DNA of 64,000 nucleotides. It comes from Solirubrobacterales bacterium. Lineage in GTDB: Bacteria; Actinomycetota; Thermoleophilia; Solirubrobacterales; 70-9. The notes under the pieces were generated by a model, which saw only the letters and a program-made list of their open reading frames with translations, searched no databases and was not told the DNA's origin. The translations under genes and the position numbers were made by a program. The DNA is taken from assembly GCA_038256675.1 (NCBI GenBank), contig JBBSKC010000001.1:14652-78651 (forward strand), read 5' to 3'. Every line of letters begins with the position of its first letter. Position 1 is the first letter of the stretch. Shown piece by piece: positions 50,372 to 64,000 of this stretch.

Positions 50372-51502
50372 ATGCGCGTGGCTTCGGTCGCGGCCGACAG
50401 CCTGCGGTCGTTGCGAGCGGCTGAGCTTACGCTCGACCCGCACCTGACCGCGATCGTCGGTCCGAACGGAGCCGGCAAGACCAACCTGGTCGAAGCGATC
50501 TACTTCGGGCTGACCGGCAGGTCGTTCCGGACCGCGGACAAGCGCGACCTGATCCCGTTCGGGTCGGCATACGCCCGCTGCCGGATCTCGGTCAGTGACG
50601 ACCGGGGGATCGAGCATGAGTTCATGTCTTCGACGAGCCGGGCCGAAGGCTCCCGGTTCACCATGGACGGTGCTGCGATCGAACGGGCCGATGCCGCTGG
50701 ATTCCGGCCGATGGTCACGGTTTTCTCCCCGGATCGCCTCGAGCTGGTCAAAGGACCGCCGGCGCTGCGCCGGGCACACCTCGACTCGTATATCACCGCG
50801 CGCTGGCCGTCACGTGGCGAACTACGCAAGAAATTCGGCCGTGCGCTCGCCCAGAGGAACGCCCTGATCAGCCGGATCCAGTCCGGGGCGGCAGGTCGCG
50901 AACAGGTGCCGGCCTGGGACCAGCAAGTGGCTGAATCAGGGGCGGACCTGAGCGCCGTAAGGGCCGAGGCGGTCACCGAGCTGGCCGGATTCTTCCCCGA
51001 GCTGGCCACCGAACTCGGCCTGGTGGGGGAGAGCTCGATCGAGTACCGGGCGGGGTCCTCTACCGACGCCGCCGAGATCCGGGCCGGTCTCGAGGAACGG
51101 ATCGAGAACGACATCCGCCTCGGCCGGACCTCCTGGGGCCCACACCACGACGAGATCAGGCTCGACTTCAACGGCCGCCAGCTTCGCCGCTTCGGTTCGC
51201 AGGGGCAACAGCGACTCGGCCTGCTCACCCTGCTTTTCGCCGAGCGGAACGCCCTGCTCGCCGGCGGCGCGCCGGCCCCCCTGATGCTGCTCGACGACGT
51301 GATGTCCGAACTCGACGGCGAGCGCCGGGATCGCCTGGTATCCCGGCTGCTGGAGGGCGGCCAGAGCGTGATCACTGCCGCCGAGGGTGAATTGATCCCG
51401 GCGCGCGACGACTTGCGGAAGATCGATTTCTCGGAAGTGGTGGGCGCGGGTGACCCTGGACCGGGCGGAGACCCGGGCGCCGAAGAAGCGGTGGAGCCGT
51501 GA
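50372..51502 (+). CDS. recF: DNA replication and repair protein RecF
   Basis: 376 aa. Walker A GPNGAGKTNLVEAI, signature SQGQQR, LLLDDVMSELD. Confidence 0.95.
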   Translation: MRVASVAADSLRSLRAAELTLDPHLTAIVGPNGAGKTNLVEAIYFGLTGRSFRTADKRDLIPFGSAYARCRISVSDDRGIEHEFMSSTSRAEGSRFTMDGAAIERADAAGFRPMVTVFSPDRLELVKGPPALRRAHLDSYITARWPSRGELRKKFGRALAQRNALISRIQSGAAGREQVPAWDQQVAESGADLSAVRAEAVTELAGFFPELATELGLVGESSIEYRAGSSTDAAEIRAGLEERIENDIRLGRTSWGPHHDEIRLDFNGRQLRRFGSQGQQRLGLLTLLFAERNALLAGGAPAPLMLLDDVMSELDGERRDRLVSRLLEGGQSVITAAEGELIPARDDLRKIDFSEVVGAGDPGPGGDPGAEEAVEP

Positions 51503-51801
51503 GGGACGAACGCGGACGGAGCCGGTCGCCGAAACTGATTGGAGACACCCTGGGCCGGGCCCTCGACCCGGTAGCGCCGATGACGCCGCTGGCTGAACTC
51601 CAGCGAATCTGGCCGTCGGTGGTCGGTCCGGGCATCGCGGAAGTGACAACGGTGTCCAAAGAGCGCGACGGAACCGTGACGATCGAGTGCGAGAGCACCG
51701 TCTGGGCGCATGAGTTGGAGATGATGGGACCCCAGTTAAGGGAAAAACTGCGCCCGCTGATGGGTGACCGGACCCCCGAAAATCTGCGTTTTCGGGCCTG
51801 A
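51499..51801 (+). CDS. DUF721 protein (DciA-like, candidate replicative helicase operator)
   Basis: 100 aa. LAELQRIWPSVVGPGIAEVTTVSKERDGTVTIECESTVWAHELEMM matches the DUF721 pattern. Conserved recF-gyrB position. Confidence 0.75.
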   Translation: MRDERGRSRSPKLIGDTLGRALDPVAPMTPLAELQRIWPSVVGPGIAEVTTVSKERDGTVTIECESTVWAHELEMMGPQLREKLRPLMGDRTPENLRFRA

Positions 51802-51900
51802 CCCGGCCCGGATACCGCACAGCGGTTTCCGTAACTCTACAGAAAGCGTGATTTTGCAGGGCTTTTTAAGAGAAGGGAGGGGAGTCGATCCGGCGGTGAC

Positions 51901-51909
51901 TGATATAAT
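51901..51909 (+). promoter_or_regulatory. Extended -10 element TGaTATAAT upstream of gyrB
   Basis: tgatataat at 51901-51909 in the most AT-rich intergenic stretch of the window, about 95 nt before the gyrB TTG. Confidence 0.4.
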
Positions 51910-52003
51910 TGGCATTGATTCGCGGGACACCCCGGCTCGCAATTCGAAGGCGCCGAGCCGTGCCGCATGGTGGCCGCAGAGCAGAATTCCTGAAAGGTAG
52001 TAA

Positions 52004-54415
<2,412 letters not shown>

Positions 54416-54457
54416 TTCGCCTGAAGCAATGAACCGGCCGACCGGGAACGGCGCCTG

Positions 54458-57079
<2,622 letters not shown>

Positions 57080-57081
57080 GC

Positions 57082-57939
57082 TCAGGCGGAGTCGGTGGGT
57101 GATCCCGGGTAGGACCCGAGGATCATCACCGATTCGGCCTTGCTTTCCAGGCCGGTGATCGCGGCGGCGACACCGGGGTCGCTGTCGCGACCTTCGACGT
57201 CGATGAAGAAGAGGTAGCTGCCGAGACGCCGGCGACGGGGGCGGGACTCGATCCGGACGAGGTTGATCTCGCGACCCGAGAATTCGAGGAGTGCGTCGAC
57301 CAGGGCGCCGGGGTGGTCGGCGCCGAGCTCGGAGAAGACGAGCGTTGTCTTCCAGACCGGCGTCGGCCGCTCGACTGGTTCGGTGCCGCGCGGACCGAGC
57401 CACACGAAGCGGGTTACGTTGCCGGGCTCATCTTCGATGCCCTCCTGGAGGATCTGGCAGCCGTATAGGGCGGCGGCCGAAGCCGGCGCGAGCGCGGCTA
57501 CCGGACCGTCGCTCCGGCTGACCTTTCGGACCGCGGAACTGGTGCTGTCGGCGACCTCGAGTCGGGCGCCAGGCAACTCGTCACGCAGGAACCGGGCGCA
57601 TTGGGCCAGGGGCTGGGGGTGTGAGATGACCGATTTGATCCCGCTCAGTTCCAACGTGGTCCGGGCGATCAGGGCTGAGCGGATCTGGTGGACGTACTCA
57701 CCGAGGATGGCAACGTGGTCAGCCTGGTCGACCAGGCCGTCAAGGGTTCCGCGGATGGAGCCTTCGATCGAGTTCTCGATCGGCGACAGTGCGCGGTCGG
57801 CCCGCCCGCCACCGATCGCCTCGACCACATCGCGGATCGTGTCGCAGGGCGCGGGATCGAACTCCTCGCCACCGAAACCGCTCTGGCGGAGCGCATCTTC
57901 ACTGAAGGTGCCGGCCGGCCCGAGGTAGGCGATCCGCAC
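57082..57939 (-). CDS. pheA: Prephenate dehydratase with ACT domain
   Basis: 285 aa. RIAYLGPAGTFSE, TRFVWL, ESRP. Confidence 0.9.
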   Translation of the reverse strand: MRIAYLGPAGTFSEDALRQSGFGGEEFDPAPCDTIRDVVEAIGGGRADRALSPIENSIEGSIRGTLDGLVDQADHVAILGEYVHQIRSALIARTTLELSGIKSVISHPQPLAQCARFLRDELPGARLEVADSTSSAVRKVSRSDGPVAALAPASAAALYGCQILQEGIEDEPGNVTRFVWLGPRGTEPVERPTPVWKTTLVFSELGADHPGALVDALLEFSGREINLVRIESRPRRRRLGSYLFFIDVEGRDSDPGVAAAITGLESKAESVMILGSYPGSPTDSA

Positions 57940-57943
57940 GGTG

Positions 57944-59053
57944 CTACTCGAAGTTGACGGTGAAAGAGGCTTCGTTGTTCTCAGCCACTTTTTCGCCGGG
58001 AACCGGTTCGACGGTGATGTCGAGGGTGACTTCGCCCTTGGGCGTCGGCGTCAGCTGGATGGTAGCGACGCCGGTCTCGCCGATTGCCAGTGTGTCGATC
58101 GATCCGGTGATCGGCGGGCCGCCATCAACCGAAATCGTGACCTCGACACCGGTCTCCTCGCTCTCGCCCTGGTTCAGTACCGAGACGTCGACGGCTGTAT
58201 CGGTGCCGGCGGGGATCGTGTTGGAGATCGAAGCGTCGAGCGTCGTACCGCCGATCGCTGCCGACTCGAGCTGGGTGCCGTGGACGCCGCTGACATTCGC
58301 GTCGTCGGTCGCACCACTGACCGAGCCCAGTGCGGATTCGACGGTGGCCGGGTCGACCCAGCTCGAATCGGGAACGTAGGTGCTCTTCGGCAACTCGGGC
58401 GCGGAGGCGCCGTTGTTCGCGATCGTATTGTCGATCTGGTGGCGGGTCACCTGGTTGTAAAGCACGTCGGCTGCCGCAAGTACTTCCATCTGGCCGGCGA
58501 TCGTCTTGATCGCCCTTTCTTTACCTTCGTCCCCGAGCGCGGTGGGCATGCGATCGGCAATCGTGTTCATGGCACTGGCGCGGAGCTGGTAGCCGAGAAG
58601 CAGGGTCGACTGGGCGGACTTCATGTCGCCGGGTGTGTTCAGCTTCTCGACCCGGCTGAGGAATCCGTCCATGGCGCTCCGGTCGGACTCGATCTCGCTG
58701 ACGAAGTCGGGCACGCTCAGGTCCTGTGGATCCTCGATTCGGCCGAAGAAGGCTTTGCCCAGGGAGTTCGTTTCGTCGACGATCTGGGTCACGTTGCCGG
58801 AATACTCGTCGAGCGACCGGTTCTTGCGGGCGTCGAGACAGCCCTTGGCACCGAATACGAGAAGGATGAGGACGACCAGGCCGACGCCGAGAGCCGCCGC
58901 GCGGCGGGCCATCAGCTGCTGGCGAGGGCCTTCACCGCCGGAACCACCACGGGAACGTCCCGAGCGGCGTGTCCGCCGGGGACGAGGGCCATCTTCCCGC
59001 TCGAGGGGCGGCAGGGGTTCATCGGGATCTGTGTTTGGGTCGGGAAAATCCAT
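57944..59053 (-). CDS. Membrane-anchored protein with C-terminal CARDB-like module
   Basis: 369 aa. Arg/Pro-rich cytoplasmic N-terminus, one TM (AALGVGLVVLILLVFGA), C-terminal AVDVSVLNQGESEETGVEVTISVDG...ENNEASFTVNF. Confidence 0.65.
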   Translation of the reverse strand: MDFPDPNTDPDEPLPPLEREDGPRPRRTRRSGRSRGGSGGEGPRQQLMARRAAALGVGLVVLILLVFGAKGCLDARKNRSLDEYSGNVTQIVDETNSLGKAFFGRIEDPQDLSVPDFVSEIESDRSAMDGFLSRVEKLNTPGDMKSAQSTLLLGYQLRASAMNTIADRMPTALGDEGKERAIKTIAGQMEVLAAADVLYNQVTRHQIDNTIANNGASAPELPKSTYVPDSSWVDPATVESALGSVSGATDDANVSGVHGTQLESAAIGGTTLDASISNTIPAGTDTAVDVSVLNQGESEETGVEVTISVDGGPPITGSIDTLAIGETGVATIQLTPTPKGEVTLDITVEPVPGEKVAENNEASFTVNFE

Positions 59054-59192
59054 GGAAAAGGGCCGTGCGGTAATTCTTTCGGCAGGGCCAATCTATTCCC
59101 TTCCCCTGCAATAGGGGGGTTTCGGCAGTTCTGGTGCCATTTACTGCCCAATCAAAGGGCCGGGCCGATCGGTGCCGAACGCAGAAGGGCAG

Positions 59193-60749
59193 ATGATCGG
59201 CTCTACCGTACTACAGCGCTTCGAAATCAATGACCGCCTCGGTGCGGGCGGATTCGGCACGGTCTACCGCGCCTGGGACAACCGCCTGGAGCGCGACGTC
59301 GCCGTCAAGGTGATCGAAACCGGCCCGGAATCCGGCCCCCGGATCCAGCGAGAAGCCCAGGCTGCCGCCCGCCTGAACCATCCGGGAATCGTAACTCTCT
59401 TCGAGTTCGCTCACCATGAGTTCGGCCGCGAAGGCGGCCGAGCCTTCCTCGTTTCGGAACTGGTCGAAGGCGAAACAGTTCGTGAGCTGATCGATGGCAA
59501 TCTGCTCAGCGACCGCGAGGTCGCCGAGATCGGCGCCGATGTGTGTGAAGCGCTCGACCACGCCCATTCCCGCGGCGTCGTCCATCGGGACCTCAAGCCG
59601 GCGAACCTGATTTCCCCATTCCGGGACGGCGGGGCCAAGTTGATGGACTTCGGCGTAGCCCGGCTGACCGATGGCGACGACCTGACCAACACCGGTGACG
59701 TACTCGGCACGCTTTCCTACATGGCACCCGAGCAGGCAGAAGGCGAACCGGTCGGCCCGCCCGGCGACGTCTACTCACTCGCGCTGACCCTCTACGAGGC
59801 CTGGACCGGGGAGAACCCGAGGCGAAAACCCACTCCTGGAGCCACTCTCCGGGCGCTGGACCGGGACCTGCCTCCGCTCGCCGACTGCCGTCCCGACCTT
59901 CCGGCCGCGATGACCGACGTACTCGACGCCTGCCTCGACCGCGAACCGGAATTTCGCCCGGATCTCGAAACCCTGGGCCTCCAGCTCGAAGACTCGTTCG
60001 ACGAGCTCGACGACAGCATTCCGGCCGAACCACACCGCCAGAGTTCGCCCTTCGCGTTCGCCGACTCCGAGTTCGACCCGCTCAGCGTCGCCGCGGCCGC
60101 CGCGGTCGGCGGACTCGTCGCGACGGGCATGATCGTGAGCGGGGAAGGAGACTTCGGTTCGGTCACGCTGATCAGCCTGGTTTCGGCGCTCCTTGCCGTG
60201 ATCAACACCAGGCTCGGCTTCCTCGTCGGCGCGGCCGGACTGGCCGCGTGGCTCACCGTGGTCGCGGGCATGGCCGGCGCGGCCCTGGTGGTCGTCCTGA
60301 TCGGCGTGCTGCCGGCGATCTTCGTGCGCGGCACGGGTCGACCCCTTGTCTTCGGCCCGGCCGGCCCCCTGCTCGGAACGCTCGGACTCGCCCCGTTCAT
60401 GCCGGTTCTCGCGGCCCTGGTCGGCGACTGGCGGGACCGACTGATCGTCGCGCTGATCGGGGTCTCGTTCACGGGCCTCGCCGAGTCGATCACCGGCCAG
60501 GGCCTGCTCTTCGGAAAGATGCCTGCCGCCGCCGACGGCTGGCAGGATTCCGTCGGATCGGCGGTCTCCGGGCTGTTGCTTCCCGCCCTGACCAACGGGA
60601 CCTTTCTCGTGGCGGCGGCGGTCTGGGTGCTCGTGGCGGTGTTTCTCGGTGCGATCATCAAGCGGGCGAGGCTGCGTCGTGGGTCGCGATCGGGTGGGGC
60701 CCTGACCTTTTCTCCCGTAGGATCAAGCCGTGTTCCAAACCCCCACTGA
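59193..60749 (+). CDS. Hanks-type Ser/Thr protein kinase with polytopic C-terminal membrane domain (no PASTA)
   Basis: ORF 59172..60749, ATG at 59193 preferred. GAGGFGTVYRA, VAVKV, HRDLKPANL, DFG, SYMAPE, then about 6 hydrophobic segments. Confidence 0.85.
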   Translation: MIGSTVLQRFEINDRLGAGGFGTVYRAWDNRLERDVAVKVIETGPESGPRIQREAQAAARLNHPGIVTLFEFAHHEFGREGGRAFLVSELVEGETVRELIDGNLLSDREVAEIGADVCEALDHAHSRGVVHRDLKPANLISPFRDGGAKLMDFGVARLTDGDDLTNTGDVLGTLSYMAPEQAEGEPVGPPGDVYSLALTLYEAWTGENPRRKPTPGATLRALDRDLPPLADCRPDLPAAMTDVLDACLDREPEFRPDLETLGLQLEDSFDELDDSIPAEPHRQSSPFAFADSEFDPLSVAAAAAVGGLVATGMIVSGEGDFGSVTLISLVSALLAVINTRLGFLVGAAGLAAWLTVVAGMAGAALVVVLIGVLPAIFVRGTGRPLVFGPAGPLLGTLGLAPFMPVLAALVGDWRDRLIVALIGVSFTGLAESITGQGLLFGKMPAAADGWQDSVGSAVSGLLLPALTNGTFLVAAAVWVLVAVFLGAIIKRARLRRGSRSGGALTFSPVGSSRVPNPH

Positions 60750-60755
60750 TGCGAC

Positions 60756-61523
60756 GTGAGCGTCTTTCGAAACCTTGAAGCGAGAATCGAAGGCCTTGTA
60801 GAAGGGGTATTCAGCCGTGCCTTCAGCTCCGAGGTGCAGCCGGTCGAGCTCGCCCGCAAGCTGGCCAAGGAGATGGACTCCCACAAGACCGCCTCGGTTT
60901 CACGGGTGTACGTGCCGAACGAATACACGGTGCACCTCTCCGAATCGGACCGCGAGAAGCTCGAAGGATACGAGCGGTCGCTGGAGCAGGAGCTTTCCGG
61001 CTACCTGCTGGAGCACGCGCGCAGGCGCGGTTACGACCTGCTGACCCGGCCCGAGGTCAAGTTCAACACCGACGATCGCCTGCGGCTCGGCGAGTTCGGT
61101 ATCCAGGCCCGCCTGGTCAAGGCGCAGAGCCAGGGCTCGGAGAAGCCGGCCCCGGCCGAGGAGGGCCGCACGATGGTCTACAAGGCGGCGCCGCCACCGG
61201 AACCGTCCGCTGAACCGGCACCACGCCCGGCGCCGGTCCTGTCGAGAGCCGTGGTCGACTCCGGCGGCACCCGTCAGGTGCTCGACGGCCCACGAGCGAC
61301 GATCGGTCGCTCCGACGACGCCGACTGCGTTTTACGCGACCCGAACATCTCCCGGATCCACGCCGAACTGCAACAGCGCCAGGGCGGGGAGTGGGAGATC
61401 GTCGACCGGAACTCGACCAACGGGATCAAGGTCAACGGCCGCCGGACCACCTCGGCCCGGCTGCGGGACGGTGACCAGGTCACCGTCGGCACGACCACCT
61501 TCCGGTTCAGCGTGGAACGGTAA
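60756..61523 (+). CDS. fhaA: FHA-domain protein FhaA (DUF3662 + FHA)
   Basis: 255 aa. MSVFRNLEARIEGLVEGVFSRAF, YVPNEYTVHLS, C-terminal FHA (ATIGRS...DPNISRIHAEL...NSTNGIKVNG). Confidence 0.9.
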   Translation: MSVFRNLEARIEGLVEGVFSRAFSSEVQPVELARKLAKEMDSHKTASVSRVYVPNEYTVHLSESDREKLEGYERSLEQELSGYLLEHARRRGYDLLTRPEVKFNTDDRLRLGEFGIQARLVKAQSQGSEKPAPAEEGRTMVYKAAPPPEPSAEPAPRPAPVLSRAVVDSGGTRQVLDGPRATIGRSDDADCVLRDPNISRIHAELQQRQGGEWEIVDRNSTNGIKVNGRRTTSARLRDGDQVTVGTTTFRFSVER

Positions 61524-61536
61524 GGCCAGTCACACC

Positions 61537-62010
61537 GTGGATTACGATCCGATTTCAGTTGCGCTCAAGTTCGCTTTCCTCGCGATCCTCTACCTGTTCC
61601 TGGTCTGGGTCGTGAGCAGCGCCCGCAAGGACCTCAAGCGCAATCAGGGTGTGGCGGGGTCCGGACAGACGGGCAGCCAGATCAGTGCCGGCGGGGGTGG
61701 AACGCAGGACGCGTGGCTGGTCGTCGAGCAAAGCGACGGCCTCGCGGCCGACACCCGTTTCGACCTGTTCGGTGGCGCGACCCTGGGCCGTTCCGCGCAG
61801 GCCGACATCAGCTTCGAGGACCGCTACGCGTCGGGCCTCCACGCCAGGGTCTACCCTCGCGGTGATCGATATTTCGTGGAAGACATGAATTCGACCAATG
61901 GGACCCTGCTGAACGGGGCGTCGCTGGTCGGGGAAAACGAACTGTCAGACGGATATACGATCTCGATCGGCGACACGACTTTTCGCTTCGAGATGGACGG
62001 ATACCTTTGA
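61537..62010 (+). CDS. fhaB: Membrane-anchored FHA-domain protein FhaB/FipA
   Basis: GTG at 61537 inside ORF 61471..62010. TM ALKFAFLAILYLFLVWVV, FHA (ATLGRS...YASGLHARV...NSTNGTLLNG). Confidence 0.85.
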   Translation: MDYDPISVALKFAFLAILYLFLVWVVSSARKDLKRNQGVAGSGQTGSQISAGGGGTQDAWLVVEQSDGLAADTRFDLFGGATLGRSAQADISFEDRYASGLHARVYPRGDRYFVEDMNSTNGTLLNGASLVGENELSDGYTISIGDTTFRFEMDGYL

Positions 62011-62033
62011 CCGAAGAGCCGACAGACATCTAG

Positions 62034-63167
62034 ATGCTCCGCGTATCCCAGCACTCCGAGCGCACTGACACCGGTCGCCAGAGACAGGCGAACGAGGATT
62101 CGTTCATGGTGCACGACCCGCTCTTCGTGGTCGCCGATGGCATGGGCGGCGCCCAGGCGGGCGAGGTCGCTTCGATGACCGCAGTTCAGGCTTTCGAGGG
62201 TGGGCTGCCGCCGGGCGATCCCGAGGAGGCCCTTCAGGCTTCGATCGGCCTGGCCAACCGGACCATCCACAACCAGGCGCACGCCGACGCGTCGCTGGCC
62301 GGCATGGGAACCACAATCACCGCGGCCGCGGTCAACCCGGAAGCGGAGACGATCGTCATCGGGCACGTCGGTGATTCCCGGGCCTACCGCCTCCGCGACG
62401 GCATCCTTCAGCGCCTGACCCGCGACCATTCCCTGGTCGAGGAGATGCGCCGCCGCGGCCAGATCACCGAAGCGCAGGCCGAGGATCACCCCCAGCGCTC
62501 GATCATCACACGCGCCCTCGGTCCCGAGGCCGAAGTCGAGGCCGACATTCAGAGCGTGCCTTCGGCCCCGGGCGACATCTTCATGCTCTGCTCCGACGGC
62601 CTGACCACGATGCTCGGCGATGAGCGCATCAAGGAGCTGCTGATGGGCTCGACCACACTCGATGCCGCGACCACTGCGCTGGTCGACGAAGCGAACCGGG
62701 CCGGCGGCCGGGACAACATCACGGTCGTCCTGTTCCAGGTCGAGGATCCCGAGAACCCGCTCGCGGCTCCCGGCGAGCAGCCGACCCTGATCGCTCCCCC
62801 TTCGGGTCGCGCGAGGGTCGGCGACGGTGTTGTGACCGGCGTCCCCCACCAGCGGCGGACCGGGGCGATCGCCGCCCGGCTCGCGATCGGCCTGGCGGTT
62901 CTCGCAGTGATCGCCGGAGGACTCTTCTTTGCCTCGCGGCAGGTCTGGTTCCTCGGCACCGACTCGGCCGGCCGGGTGGCGCTCTACCAGGGCCTGCCTT
63001 ACGAACTGCCGTTCGGCATGTCGATGTACGAGGAGAAGTACTCGACCGCCGTCCAGACCGGCGAGCTCTCGCCGCAGCGGCAGGATTCGGTGACGGGCCA
63101 CTCGCTCCGCTCGAAAGATGACGCGACCTCCCTGATCGAGGACATCGAGAGCCGCGAGGGGATCTGA
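62034..63167 (+). CDS. pstP: PP2C-family Ser/Thr phosphatase with TM anchor
   Basis: 377 aa. NEDSF, VADGMGG, GRDNITVV, TM AIAARLAIGLAVLAVIAGGLFF. Confidence 0.9.
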   Translation: MLRVSQHSERTDTGRQRQANEDSFMVHDPLFVVADGMGGAQAGEVASMTAVQAFEGGLPPGDPEEALQASIGLANRTIHNQAHADASLAGMGTTITAAAVNPEAETIVIGHVGDSRAYRLRDGILQRLTRDHSLVEEMRRRGQITEAQAEDHPQRSIITRALGPEAEVEADIQSVPSAPGDIFMLCSDGLTTMLGDERIKELLMGSTTLDAATTALVDEANRAGGRDNITVVLFQVEDPENPLAAPGEQPTLIAPPSGRARVGDGVVTGVPHQRRTGAIAARLAIGLAVLAVIAGGLFFASRQVWFLGTDSAGRVALYQGLPYELPFGMSMYEEKYSTAVQTGELSPQRQDSVTGHSLRSKDDATSLIEDIESREGI

Positions 63168-63172
63168 CCAGG

Positions 63173-64000
63173 GTGGGCGCGCGTCTTTCGAGGTACTCGG
63201 CCAGGAACCGGGAACTGCTCGCGCTGGTGCCGATCGCCCTGCTCCTGACGATCGGGTTCGCGGCAGTTTTCGGCCAGAACGACGAACAGCTCGGCAGCCT
63301 CAGCCTTTCGTACGGCCTGTACTTCCTCGCGGTCTGCCTGGCGACCCACATCTTCATCCGCATCCGTCTGCCCGACGCCGACCCGTACCTGTTCCCGTTG
63401 ATGGCGCTACTGACCGCCTTCGGCCTGGTGATGCTCTACCGCCTTGACGCAGAATTCGCCAGGGAACTGGCCCGGGACCAGGCCAACTGGTTCGTAGTCG
63501 GCCTGATCCTCTTTGCCGTGGTTGTCTCCTTCCTCAAGGACTATTCGGTGCTCGAGCGGTACCGCTACACGATCGCCGCCGCCGGGATCGCCCTGCTGCT
63601 CGCCCCGCGCCTTCCCCTGATCGGCGAGCAGGTCAACGGTGCCTACCTCGGGGTGCGGGTCGGCCCGATCGGTTTCCAGCCAGCCGAGCTCGCCAAGATC
63701 TGCATCGTCGTCTTCCTCGCCAGTTACCTGCGTGAGCACCGGGAACTCCTGGTGGTCGGCGCACGCCGTGTGCTCGGCGTGACGCTGCCCCCGCTGAAGC
63801 ATCTGGGGCCGTTGCTGGTCGTCTGGGGCGCCGCGATGTTCATGCTGATCTTCATCCGCGACCTCGGCAGCTCGCTGATGTTCTTCGCCGCGTTCCTGTC
63901 CCTGCTCTATGTGGCCACGGGCCGGATTTCGTTCGTATTCATCGGCATGGCGATGTTCCTGGTCGGCGCCTGGATCATCTACAGCACGGTGCCGCACGTC
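63173..64000 (+). CDS. rodA: SEDS-family peptidoglycan glycosyltransferase (FtsW/RodA), 3' end beyond the window
   Basis: Own translation from GTG 63173: VGARLSRYSARNRELLALVPIALLL...GFQPAELAKICIVVFLASYL...DLGSSLMFFAAFLSLLY. Open to base 64000, so it is absent from the ORF track. The symbol is by position after pstP. Confidence 0.8.
   Translation, partial: MGARLSRYSARNRELLALVPIALLLTIGFAAVFGQNDEQLGSLSLSYGLYFLAVCLATHIFIRIRLPDADPYLFPLMALLTAFGLVMLYRLDAEFARELARDQANWFVVGLILFAVVVSFLKDYSVLERYRYTIAAAGIALLLAPRLPLIGEQVNGAYLGVRVGPIGFQPAELAKICIVVFLASYLREHRELLVVGARRVLGVTLPPLKHLGPLLVVWGAAMFMLIFIRDLGSSLMFFAAFLSLLYVATGRISFVFIGMAMFLVGAWIIYSTVPHV

Overview
Origin-proximal chromosomal segment of a high-GC Gram-positive genome. 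It looks like Actinomycetota, probably a deep-branching lineage, but that placement is inference from gene content only. The window is densely coding and mostly housekeeping. The core is the replication and partition block on both strands (42.9-57.1 kb): parB-parA-rsmG-jag-yidC-yidD-rnpA-rpmH, then dnaA-dnaN-recF-DUF721(DciA-like)-gyrB-gyrA. It is followed by a kinase-fhaA-fhaB-pstP-rodA cell-division signalling operon (59.2-64 kb). A long minus-strand respiratory block (24.2-35.1 kb) holds hemB, a fused siroheme-decarboxylase-like gene, hemL, a Bacillus-type qcrABC, menG, a polyprenyl synthase, dcd, tatA and tatC. Also present: sucCD, two class-I aminotransferases, a DtxR-family regulator, a gpgS + HAD phosphatase pair next to folP, an MrfA/YprA-type helicase, ddl, pheA, an ABC-2 exporter and three tRNAs (Phe-GAA, Lys-CTT, Ile-GAT). 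The accessory-looking parts are four. (i) 0-5.8 kb: a sulfatase diverging from two tandem polytopic alkaline-phosphatase-fold paralogs and a GNAT. (ii) A solitary N6-adenine DNA methyltransferase. (iii) 17.3-19.3 kb: decayed gene fragments next to tRNA-Phe. (iv) 19.4-24.1 kb: an ECF sigma factor fused to its own ZAS anti-sigma domain, followed by unusual basic secreted proteins. I saw no CRISPR array, rRNA, transposase, integrase or recognisable defence system. Small unexplained DNA features: a 58-bp repeat pair flanking a nuclease gene and tRNA-Ile; perfect short direct repeats in front of the DtxR-like gene and hemL; a near-consensus parS at the rnpA/yidD junction; and a very compact oriC candidate. 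All calls come from reading the ORF track and the sequence by eye. No searches or computations were run.
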